Source: Trichoplax adhaerens (lineage: Eukaryota; Animalia; Placozoa). Taken from it: a stretch of DNA of 64,000 nt. The stretch lies in NCBI RefSeq assembly GCF_000150275.1, contig NW_002060944.1, positions 623,614 to 687,613 on the forward strand, given 5' to 3'. The notes under the pieces are model-generated. The model did no database searches, was not told the DNA's origin, and was given only the letters and a program-made list of their open reading frames with translations. Shown here one piece after another: positions 1-12,523 of this stretch (positions within the stretch are counted from its first letter, which is position 1; every line of letters begins with the position of its first letter). A program made the position numbers and the translations under genes.

Positions 1-1161
1 GAACTTTTAGTCTAAGTCCTTAGTCCTAATCAATTTATACTAACACTACTTAGCATAATTCTATAAATGTATAATCTATACTTGTGTTACGATGCGTAAG
101 CTCGTCCTAATGAAGATTCCTTTTTAGTTCGTTAGTCGGTTAGATAGTCAACTAGTTTTTCAATTGATATTTAATTGTAAAGACTATAATCTTGGGTGCC
201 AAGATTCCTTCAGTAATAAATGATAGTAAATCTCTTACTATCTCGTCTACATCATCTGTGACGCTATAATTATACCATAGTATTCGGTCGTTGGAACTGA
301 ATTATTTGGTGATATAGCTAATCTCGCCTCTTTAAGTTAGTAAGTGGCGTTCTCCGCAAGGATTGGCGTGTGTAGACTACTTTGTCACTAGTGGTGTGTG
401 ACAACTTGATACTTTTGTTATTCTAACATTAATCCAAACTACCGATAACATGTGTAATTTGCATAGTTACATTTAATGAAATCATCAAGAATATAAAATA
501 AACCATTTTACTAGTGCAGTGCATGTTTCTATAAACGTTATAGTCTATTCTTAGTACAAAAAAATTCTATTACGCCGTAGCATAAATTATATATGTATTA
601 TTTGTATTTAATAATGAATTCTACGAAATCTTATTTATATTTTATTTTATTAATACAGTAGAAATACCCAAACATAGAAGTAAACTATCCTTATTACTCT
701 TTCGCTTCTATAATAATTCTTTTCAGCTATCTTATAATATATTATAAAAACGGTCCTTCAGATTCTAACTGGTTAGTTAGATCTGCTAGTTACTCTTTAG
801 GCTCGCTGAATTTACTTCTTCTACTTTGCTTATAATATAGCTATAAAATTGCATCTCATGTTAGTTTCGCTAATTACACGACAAGCTTGCACCCTTTACC
901 TATTTTATTTTACTATAGTTACTGGACTAGATCTCACTGTTATCAACTCTGCAACCTTATACTGTTTATCTCAAACTCTAGCTCCTAATAAAGACTATTA
1001 TTTCTCTAATTTATCGCCAGTAATTTATTGCTAATACGACATAAGTAAATTCATTTGAAATATCACAATACTGTACTTGATTCATCTGCAGCAGCAATTG
1101 CTCTCGGTCGATGAAGCAGTATCCAGATAATATCGATGCATCATCTATTTAGTAGATTTAC

Positions 1162-4100
1162 CTTAGCAATGGTAAGCAAGACCGATTGAAGCATGGTAAC
1201 ATAGATACCGAAGGTAGGTAATCTAGTTCGATTAAAATATATCGTTAATATTTCAATCTTGATCGTTATTATTATGATAAAAATACTGCAATAGAACTTT
1301 GCTATAATTCTCTAGGAATATGAAGTTATTATAATTTAAAAGGTGGCAAATACGCATAGCTTCACTTACATTCTGATATCAATTAATTATTGAGATTTAG
1401 CAGTTATAATAAAAGTAGATTCTACTTTCTAGTTTGGAATACAAAAAATTGACTGCAAATAATATTAATTTAAAATCAGACAAACACTGCTCAATCCCAT
1501 GCTTATTAAGATGAATCATGACATTTCCAATACACAAGCAATAACTTTAATGTCCTATCCAGATAGTTCAATATGGCCTACCGTTGAAGATAAACTATTA
1601 AATTACACCAGGTTAGGCAGATATTAATGCTACCCATGGCCCATTCAATGGCGGTAGGCTCAAACCCAGGTTTTACGCAAAACACAATAGCAGAAATATA
1701 CATAAATAGTTCAACGTAATTTGTAGAGGACAGGAAGTAGGAGACTCTCTTTCAAATAAGACATAAAAGTTAATCAGGGTCTGCTTTTCAATATCATTTT
1801 ATAGCAGCAGAAAAAATTGGAGATAGGTGTCGGGGATTAAAAAACATCTAAACGCTATCAATTATCACATAATCAGCAATTTTTCTAATTCCGTTTTCTT
1901 TAGCACAAAAGCTTATAGCTAAAATTATAAGTAATAAATTAAGTTTCAAAAATACCAGGCGCAAAATTTGGAGAACTTCTGTCATCAAATTAACCATAGC
2001 AAAAATAAGGATAACCACTTGAGCAATAAAGAGATCTGGCCTTGAAGACTAAAATAGTGATCCAAGATGATTTGGTTAGCTACTGTTAATAATGCAATCC
2101 ATTCTATATTAATTACGCAAATAAATCGATTCTGCTGAAGGCTAAATATCATTGAATATCAATCTAAATGTTGCCTAAAGAATGGACTTACAAAAGTGAA
2201 ATAAAATGATTTTTGCGATTTATTTCCGATATTATACTCATAAGGAAAGAGACCAGATAGGTTATGCTCCAATTGACCGGTAGTAGCAATATTGCTGAAT
2301 GGACGCAAAGCGACAATATAATAGGTTAGAGCACCCAAAAATAAAAGGTAAAGAATCAGATTGCTAAAATAAAGTGGAACACCAAATGTACGCCTACAGA
2401 TTTGGATAGAAAAAAATATTAATAAATCATAAGAAGGCCAGTTCTACGTAAAGATAAAAATTAGAAAAATATCATTCTTAACATATTCGAACTAATTTGT
2501 AAAGTTTATCCATGAGTCAAACATGAAGACGCAACAGAACAATATCATCTAACTTTACTAAAGCGCTACAGTATGAAAGTGCGATAAGGAATGCCACAGC
2601 CACTACAAACCATTTAGCATCAAGTAAAGCCTGAGATAATTCATGCAGCAGTAATCCTGTTCTTTTATGTTCAATCATATTCTATTTATCAATAATTGTA
2701 AATGAACGTGAGCTTAAATTAAATGGAAGATTCTAACATCTAAATACCTAATCAACTCCCTTTAAAGTCTCTTAAACAAAATCAGATTTAACCACACTCT
2801 TACCATTAATATATTACAACGACAATTTTTTGAGAAGCTCTTTCTTAAACGCATTTCTACTAAAGGTCCTGGATCTAATAATGAGTAATCGTAAATAATC
2901 TAGAAAAATGAGAAAAGAAATTACGGAGACATTTAATTTGATACTTAGATCATTTATTGGCTCCAGATGAATCCTCACTTCTCTTCAATTATTGAAAATC
3001 GATATAGAATCTTTATCTATGATTTGGCTAATTTTGTAGCTACAAATCAATTTAGCAATGACGAGTATCACCGTCAGATTAATTCTTTTATAGCTTTTAT
3101 GATCGTATTATCATTCATTCATAAATTTAGATGGCAAAAATTATAAGCGAGAAGTACTTGTTGTCTATGAAACTTCTTGCCACAATATCGAACTACGCTA
3201 ATCCCATCGGAATATATACGTATCGCTTTTTATTCTAAAAATCGAATTGGGTAATGTACTAACTCTAAGCTAATGTATTAACCTCACAGTATTATGTATA
3301 GCACAGTAAAATATCGTCGTCGCTACGATACTTTAGTAATTTTATTTATAAAATTAATTTAGTAGTATAAATTCGCAATCTGTGGATAAGATTTCGGGTC
3401 TATGTATATATGTTACGGCCAAAACCCGAAGTCCGGCCAATACGCGTAATGGCCGGTCATTACGCGTATTGGCCGGAATTTTCGGCCATTACGCATAATG
3501 CCCCGGGCATTGTGCGTAATGGCCGGGCAGTATGCATAATGGCCAATTCAGCCTGGGCATTACTGTATCCGTAATGGCCAAATAATACCGGGCATTACGC
3601 GTAATGGCCATCACAGCTTGGGCTGTATGCTTAACGATATTTATCTTATATATAATCTTTTACATAGATTTGTCAATATGTGGACAAAACATAAAGATTT
3701 TACTAACCTATATATATATAACAAATATTAAAATGTTCAAACCGTTTTATCGATATTTCCCGTTGTACTCCTCGCAATAGACAAGTCCATGACAACCTAT
3801 CACAAAGACCAAGGCAAAGATGAAATCGATCATAGAAAGGCCTTAAATTACCAATAATAATGTAATGCACCTAAATGACAAAACTTCACCTTTGCAACTG
3901 TAGGCAGTTTCTCAATCAAATTTTGCATGACAGAAAATCCTTTATCGTCAAATCGATTTAAAATCTCTCCGCTCCTAATTAGATAGACCGATAACAGCAT
4001 TAAACATTAGAAATATGAAAGAAAATCAATAAGATTTACTTTGCTCACTAATCATATGACAATTTATCTATCATTCTATGAATTTGATTGATATAGAATT

Positions 4101-7100
4101 ACATTACCTCTTGTGCTTAACAATTAATAGTGCAGCATCTTCGCATCCACCTTCTACTGCAAGATCTAAACAGGTTTTGTCGTTAAGATTACGTAGCGTA
4201 ATGTCGCTACCACTTTCAAGTAACAATTTAACAACAGCACTTGATCCTTGACTGACTGCTAAATGTAGAGGTGTTTCCTAAGTCGAACCGATATAAAAGG
4301 AAATTTATTTATTATTGATTGATAAAACAAAGTAACTGATTCAACAACTGTACAATAGTTGTATCCTTGCAATACTAATTAAGATGAAAGATATCGAAGA
4401 ATAAGCCTGTTTGCAATATGTAACGTGAAAAATAAAATATTACATATCACAAATATGATATTACAGCTAAATAATCTTCGAAGGTAGATAGTATTACCAA
4501 TCTAGAATTGATTCGATTAACATCAGCTCCATTTTTCAGTAGCAATTTTCCTACTTGAGTAAAACACTTTGATGCAGCGTATTCTAAAGGTGTCATATAA
4601 CTGCCATCTCTGCAAAGAATTACCATCCAAATTATAGTAAGGTTGGCATCGTAGATAATAGCTAATTTACCATGATTTACATGTCACAATGTTACCTTAC
4701 TGGCTTACTGTTAGGATATTTTAATAGTACAGTAGCAGCTAATATGAAAAATATCCATATTTGTAGTGCTAGATAAGATAAGTAATGTCTTAACGTGGAT
4801 ATTATTTGCAATACCTTATTACATATTTGATATTGATTATAATAGTGTGTAGATAGTAGTACGATGATTCCAGTTCTAGCTAATGATAGTTGAACTAGAT
4901 AACACACATGCTTAGATTAAGATTAAGTGTGAGTAAAAGATTAAAAAATATTTACTGATAGAATAGCTACCAGTATGTAAGGAATATCTCAGTTAGAAAT
5001 GTCTCTCCTAGTAAGGTATAAAAATAATACTGTCATTGTTTACAAATAAGATGATTCCTATATAAAAGGGAATATTTGAGAATGCGTTTTGAAAAAGTTG
5101 CGGAGATGTCAATGATTGCCGATGCTAATAAAAGTTCTATTTTTACGTTTATAGTACTTTACTGTGCATGTTCAACGGTTAGTAAAATGGTGTTTAAGCT
5201 AGTACAGTAGTTATTGATATTTATTTATAGACTTTTACTGTGCGTTCCCTCGTCGTAGCGTTTTAAATTGTGACACTGCGCGTACGATATTTCAGTAATG
5301 CAAAAACTATACCACCTACTACTATCTAACAACTATAATCCTAACGCAATTAATAAATCATTTAACTTGCTCACCTTTTCTCCACATTTGCACCATATTT
5401 TAAGAGCAATGCGGTGACATCTATTGAATTATTTATAACAGCAAAATGTAACGGAGTTCTTGATTTTTCTCCCAAGTAATTCACGGACGATAGGGAAGCC
5501 TCACATAAATATTGAACAATAAGTACATTGGCTTTTCTGTAAGAATAAAAGAGATTAATTCATAATTTTTTCTAATATTAGACTTAGTACTAAGATAGAA
5601 TTTTGAATTTAGTGTATAGTATCATTTCTGTATAATAGAAGTAATATCTATCGCATAACATACGGTAATTTGATATACTCTGGAGAACGTCCAAGGGTTA
5701 ATTATTATATATGATTAATTAAAATCATTTTTTACTACGCAATACATTCCTATAGTAATTTAAAGAATATTTACTGCGGTAGTCGCTAAATATGATTAGT
5801 TTTACCATTAGTTTACCTCTATTCGATATCATAATATGATTATTACATTGAAACGATAAAGTAAACTTCTAAACTGATATTGCGAATAATCCTAGGTATA
5901 ATACTCTATATCTATACTAGTGAAGATTGCATGTTGTACCAGATAATATATACACCCGAGAATTAGCTCTAGTAATGCCCTACTCAGGATGGTGTTGAGT
6001 TAAATTTGGGGGAATTATGCCAATTTTAAACTATTAAATCAACCAGGAGTAGCCATTCGAACTTACATACAAGCCAGATGAAGGGGTATATTATCATCAT
6101 CATCTCGACAATCCACAATTGCACCATTATTGACTAATATCTTAGCAATCTAATAAAGTAAATATACGCGTATATTTGCAGTGAGTCTATCGAGAGTTTG
6201 TAATTCGGATTTCTAATATTACAAAGCTATAGATTTCATTTCAGATATGTTTATCAGATAATAAAAGTTTGATAACCTCATGACTTCCACTCTCAACTGC
6301 ATAATGCAAAGGTGTCTTTTCAAAACTATCTGCTGAATTTATAAATTTACCGGCAGATATCTACAAATTTATAAGATAAATTGTTTAACTTATAAATATG
6401 TTAGGTGAAAATGATACGATCACTTAATCCTTTAGCAAATTGTTCCAAAATTCAGTAGGAAATATATTGATTTATAAACTTACTTGTATTAAATGTTGAA
6501 TTAATTGAAAGTGACCATTTTGAACTGCAAGATGGAGACAATTTCGCTTTACATCATCCACAGAAGAAATATTAGCATTATGTTGGAGTAAATAGTCAGC
6601 TACTGCGATATGGCCTTTTGCTGCAGCGAGCATTAATGGTGTCTTCTTAGTATGATCGACAGAATCAATATCAGAACCCTTTAAAAGTATAAGAAAGGTC
6701 ACAGTTGATTTGAAGGAATTATGTTGGATAAGCTATGTTAATGGCCATTCTGCATCTAAATATAGAACGATAAGTAAACTAATCCCTTTTCTTGAATTAA
6801 ATTAAACGGAAAATATTTGTATATTGGCGTACAATCACATTTATATAAGCACAGATGTTTGCTTAAACAGTCATTTGTAACGTTTATATAATACCCAATA
6901 TTTTTAAAATTTACAATCAGTATCTTAAAATATCGTAAAGCAAAGTTTTTTATTCTCGTTTGTAGTAAATATTTTCAGATCAAATGCAATACTAGCTGCT
7001 TTCATGAAGAAATGCTAAACTGATTATGTGTTACTTACTGAACTTTTAAGTAATTCCATAATAGTCAGATGGCCATATAAACTAGCTAGAAAGAATGGCG

Positions 7101-9679
7101 TTCGATACTGATAATTTCGGATCTTTATTGAAGCCCCTTTATCAACTAGCAATTTCGTAGCCTCATAGTAGCCATTAGCTGCTGTAAAATGCAAGGCGGT
7201 CCATCCATCGTTCTATAATATTATGCCATGATATTAATAAGAACGGTGTTATTGCTGCATCAGGACTCAAACATTGGATAAACCAATATTGGACAGAATA
7301 GCAGAATAGTTCATAAAGTAATAGGAAGGAAATATTTCATTTTATCAGTTCTCATACTTGTATAGAGTTAATCTTGGTTCCATTCTCTAAGCAAATTTCC
7401 ATAGCCTAGCATACAAACAGAAAGTAGAGATCGGTGAATGAATTCGTGAAGTATTCTCTCATTCTCTCATTCTCAGACGATGTACAGTGTAGAGCAGATA
7501 CGTAACAGATATATATCATACATTTTAAGCAATATTGATCATCAAATAATTTAATATAGAGTGGGTAAATATCAGATTTTGTAATCTCTTTTTTTAGGTA
7601 CGAGTATCGGCTTTCCTGCTGTCACCTTAATATGACCACCTTGGGCCGCTCGATGAAATGGTAATTGTTTTTCATTATCTTTGCAGTTAAGAAGATCAGT
7701 AGCAGATAATCCATAGCTAGATGAAAATTCCAAGAAAAATTGAATAATTTGAACGTGGCCTTTGGATGCCGCACTATGGATTGGGGTACTGCCATCAATT
7801 GCAGAGGCTAGCAAGTTACTTTTATGTTTCAGCTGTAAGAACGAATAGCATAATATCAATATTTACTTGATTAGCTTTGTGCTACAGCAAGAGAGTACAA
7901 TTTACAGTATATAACTAAATCAATACAAGGAATACTGCTATTTAAATTTAAATTTATGCTTTTTCATTACTAACTCATTTCACTAGCATAACGGTATATA
8001 CGACTAAATTCAAATAGAAATCTGAACTGCTATGTTGAATGAAAATGAGTTATTTATCAATGCTATGATCAAGTTAAATAACTTACAAGATATTGACAGA
8101 CTTCGAGTCTTCCTCTCGTAGCCGCTCGATGTAATGCAGTATTCAAATCATCATCCACAGCGTTGATATCGATTAAGTTGTACTCAGCTATGTACTAGTG
8201 TCAGTTACATAGTTTAGGCAAATATGATCAATCTTTCAATATTTCAGAAACGATTCGTCATGATATCAAAATTAAATTATTTAAAATGCAGCCGCGATGG
8301 AAATAGTAATGGTACAAGTACGAGTAAATAACCTTTCGTCAAACTCGGAACTGAATTATTACTGACCTTACAAATCTTTAAATGACCTAATTTGCTAGCT
8401 TCATGAAGCAGAGTATCACCTTGATCATCGACTAATTTAGATTCAGCACCAGCCTCATGCAAGATTTTAAAACTAGCTAAGCTGTTATGTTTAGCAGCCG
8501 TAAATAATGGGGTATTGCCATCATAGCCACGAATGTTTACATCTAGTGGCAACACAACACAAATACAAAGTGATCTTCTTCATTTACAAAGACTGCACAG
8601 CTTAGAAATTGAAACTATCCCACACGAAATCCTAATATATTTAATCGTTATTCCTACTCATCTAACAGTTTATACGTATGAACCGTAGGGGATTTAGATT
8701 AAAGAGAATAGGATAAAGTAAACTTATATACCTGCACCGTAAGAGATTAATGTTTCGACTAAATCGGTCCGATTACCCCGCACTGCATAATGCAAAGGAG
8801 CCATCTGATGTTCGTCTAGATTATTGCAAGTAATTTTTTCATCTTGATGCGAAGTGAAATAAGTTTCTACTGATGCGACATTACCAAGCTTTGCTGCCTA
8901 AACATAGCAATATCATTCCTTCATTAGGAATAAAATGTAACCTATATTGACGACAGCTGGTAAAAATTGAAATAATATATTGGAAACGAAATTACGATGT
9001 TTATAAGCACATTGTAAGGCTTTGATTTATACTGACTACTAAATAGTATACACCAAGTTTATCCGAACTGTGTTGCAATACTACTGGTACGCTTAGATAA
9101 ATGATCATTTATACTAGTGTGTACTTACCCAAAAGAGATCTTTTAAACATTCTGATTTTGAGTGCTTTTTGCTATTAGCTTGATTCTAAGCAATACATTA
9201 TAAAAAAGAAGTTGCTCTAAAAGAAAATTTATATTGTTCAAACCATTCTTAACATTTATACTTATTAGATACGATACTGTTGGCAAAACACACTCATTTT
9301 GATGGTCCTATTTTTCTATAAAAGGACCAATTCTATTCAACGTTAAGCTACCATTGTACTCAGCTAAACAAGATTTTCGCCTCATTTAATAGCAGTTTTA
9401 TATTACAAATCTCGTCATCGCTAATTTCATAATTTAAAGCTAACGAGAAAGTATAACTCAAGTTATAATTTTTTGCACGTCTACAGTAGTACTTCTGCAT
9501 AGGTAATTTCTTTAGTGTGCTTATAATGTACGTATTCAAGTAAAACATTTTTGACGACATTAATGGTGCAAAAAAAATAGCCCTAATTACGACTGATTAA
9601 TTTTAATATATTTTACCATATCTTTCATATCACTCTCAAGAGGCCGATGAACAGTTGACGGTTTGTCAAGCCTAAGCAG
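1162..9679 (-). CDS. TRPA1: TRPA1-like ankyrin-repeat cation channel, paralog A (22 visible exons; 3' partial, S5/pore/S6 exons not in window)
   Basis: Hand-spliced GT-AG exons give an open frame with ~17 ankyrin repeats (APLHYAVRGN, TPIHSAASKG, TPLMLAAAKG, TPLHLAVSQG...). Then pre-S1 LLLHELSQALLDAKWRTFG, S1 NLILYLLFLGALT, S4 TWCNLIVYLQRLPTFGIYVTML. First ATG at 9628; an in-frame CTG at 9679 aligns with the ATG of paralog B. Confidence 0.9.
3414..3627. mobile_element. GC-rich palindromic MITE-like insertion in an intron of paralog A
   Basis: Repeats of the palindrome CATTACGCGTAATG; 20-bp perfect inverted arms at 3432-3451 / 3458-3477; degenerate TIRs tacggccaaaac / gcttgggctgta with TA at both ends; absent from the homologous intron of paralog B. 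Confidence 0.7.
4690..5280 (+). repeat. Dispersed repeat, inverted copy of 11809-12358, inserted in intron 12 of paralog A
   Basis: Aligns by eye to the reverse complement of ~11809-12358 (e.g. aatatccatatttgtagtgctag, ctcctagtaaggtata, agacttttactgt, aaattgtgacac). The homologous intron of paralog B is only ~160 bp. Confidence 0.85.
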
Positions 9680-9852
9680 GATGTTAATTCTAATTTCAAG
9701 GTCAGATACAATATCTTGAAAAGGTTTGGCCAATAGTTTTCTCAATTCTTGAATTGTATAGCGTGTTCGAATTCACGTCTAGTTCTGTCTAGAGTCGGCG
9801 AAACTTGTTACGAAGGAAGAAAAATCGAATCCAAATAATATTTCGTTTTATT

Positions 9853-9859
9853 TGACTCA
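9853..9859. promoter_or_regulatory. AP-1 consensus TGACTCA in the conserved proximal promoter of paralog A
   Basis: ATTTGACTCAATT is identical at the equivalent position upstream of paralog B. Confidence 0.45.
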
Positions 9860-10399
9860 ATTTCACTTTGAGTATTTTTTTTAGAGCTTCTAACTACAGT
9901 TATAATAACAAATATCAAGCCAATATTTTAAAATAGTCCTACTATTTTTTTGCTGTGCATAAATGATTGAATTGAGCGAAAAACTAGGTTAACAACTAGC
10001 AGATAAAGGTATCCTGTTTGGGTACTCTTATAAGAGATTGGTACGAACGGTATAGATTACAAGCATACAATATCAAATAATCTCAAAAAATGTATGGAAA
10101 AGGTCAGCAGTCATTCGCATAATAATATCTCATCATTTTAAGGTCAAAGATGTCAATACAATTACTTGGCAATCTTACAACATGATTTAGTAATTAGCTT
10201 TCATTATAATTATTATCGATCAAGCTGGCTAAACAATGAAATTTTTAAGAAAGGAAACAATTGATAAAGTATATAAGCGGTCGATGAAGATATGATTTTC
10301 TACGCTACAAGCAGAGATATGATCACAATTTTAAACGCTGATTGCTTTATTACGATAGAGGATGTTCCATCAATCTCATTAGCATTAAATTTTAACTTA

Positions 10400-10940
10400 G
10401 TTTATATTGTAGCATTACAGTAAAATTCAACGTATTTCAATTAAATCTATCGGTAATATAAAATACTATCGTATCTATTTCTAAAGCAAATAAAAGTTTA
10501 TATCGCAACATTATAGAAAGATTCAATAAGCTTCAATTAAAATTATCCGTAACTTGAACACTATCAAATCTATTTCTGTAAAGTAAATAAAAGTTTCTAT
10601 CGCAGTACTATAACGAGACTCAACGTGTTATAATTAAAATGAATCAGTATTTTAAAATATGATCAAATCTATTCCTATGAAACAAATATAATATTTCTAT
10701 AGTTAATGATGCTATAACGGACTTTAAAGTATATACTTAATAAATTATTTTTATAGCATATTGACTTGAAAAAGTAGCTTACAGTAAAATTTAAAATAAA
10801 ATAGTTTCTATCTGGCCCAATTCGAACAATGTGGCGTAAAATGACCTTACAATCGAAGATGAGTTTTTACTGAGCCTATTTACAATAGCGTAGGGTAAAA
10901 TAAACCTTAAGTTAAGCATGAGTTTCTATCTAGCCTATTT
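10400..10940. repeat. Degenerate tandem repeats (~97-bp unit x3, then 59-bp unit x3)
   Basis: tctatttct/tctattcct at 10474, 10569, 10668; agttt(c/t)ta..t.gcc at 10803, 10862, 10921. Confidence 0.7.
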
Positions 10941-11532
10941 TCATCAACGGAAAGCAAGTTCTATTTCTATTAATTTTAAGAAGATCCATCACTCACTTTA
11001 ATTATTCTCTTTGAATAATCTAAATGCGTCTAGATAGTATCATAAATTATATTATTGTAATAAAACTGCTAATATCTTATCTTTTTTCCACGACAGAAAT
11101 TTAATTTCCATATTCATTTACTTTTGACATGATGCATCACTACCTATAATTAGATTCTAGCTCTACTAACTTGAAAAAGCGACTTGAATCCGAAATGATA
11201 CTTTTCTTCCAACTCATAATTAAGAACACGCCAAAAAACGTTCTATTAAAATTTTAAAGGAGCCAAATTCTAATAGACAAAAGCAACTTAAATACGCTGT
11301 TATAATTATATTTTCATATTTCTTTTTAAAGACAGTGCACAATAGTCACACCCATGCCTATGTGTTTATTCTTGTTCTATAGGAAAGGATTCACAGATTA
11401 CATCAAATATCCTATTTATAGCAGTATTACTCTATGAATTAATTATCTATAGAGAAGTCATTAAATCTTGATATGCTAAGGATAGTAAATTGTAAAATAA
11501 TCGGATAGAACTATTCTTGCCATTTAGAAGAG

Positions 11533-12358
11533 ACTAGTGCAAACTCCCGTCGCTTTGCTGACGGTTTAAACCAAACGCATTTTTGAATACAATGCTGTGA
11601 TTACAGCAACACATGATAATGACTTATTTTATATTAATTCCATTTTTAGCAATTACGATATGAACCGGATTATCATTCGAAATACATACGTGAAAATACT
11701 ATTATGACCTGGTATCATTAATTTCTGCTCATTGTTAGCCTTCAAATTGAATTCAAATCTAAGAGTGGCATGCAGTGATTAACGAATGTCAGAAATAGTT
11801 CAATAACGGTGTCACAATTTCACTTCTGCGACAAGGTAACGTACAGTAAAAGTCTATAAGTAGCTACTGACTTAAACGCCCTTTTACTTAACGTTAAACA
11901 CACACAGCAAAAGACTGTAAAGATGAAGCTTTTATTAGCAAAGGTACATCTACAACTTTTTACCACCCTCTCAACTCAAATGTTCCCGTTTATATAGGAA
12001 CCGTCTAATTTGTAAACAACAACAGTATTATTATTATACCTTACTAGGAGAATCATCTCGAACTAAGATGCTCCTTACATAGCTTTTCTATCAGTAAATA
12101 TTTTGAATCTCTTACTCATACTTGATCTTAATCTAAGCTCGTAGGTTGTCTAATTCAACTATCATCAACTACAACTTGAATCATCCTACTGCTATCTATC
12201 ACACAATAACAATCAATATCAAATATGTAATGAACTATACAAACAACATCCACGTTAAGGCATTACTTATCTTACCTAGCACTACAAATATGGATATTCT
12301 CCATACTAGCTACTACTGTACTTATTAAACTATCCTAATGACAAGGCAACACCGTAAC
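11533..12358 (-). mobile_element. Non-autonomous Helitron-like element (3' terminus at 11534)
   Basis: Minus strand ends in hairpin CCGTCAGCAAAGCGACGG + 9 nt + CTAG|T. The adjacent sequence is repeated at 4690-5280. The 5' end is not defined, and linking 11809-12358 to this terminus is inference. Confidence 0.65.
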
Positions 12359-12523
12359 AAACGGGAAATAAACTTATTACTGCTTTCACTTAACCACAAT
12401 TGAAACTATCTTTAGCTTTAAATAGCTTTTGAATTTTGTTATATTATTTAGATCGAGTCGTTTATAATATTGGGCATCGTAAGGTGACAATGTCTTCAGC
12501 AAATTTTATAATAGTTCTTGGCG

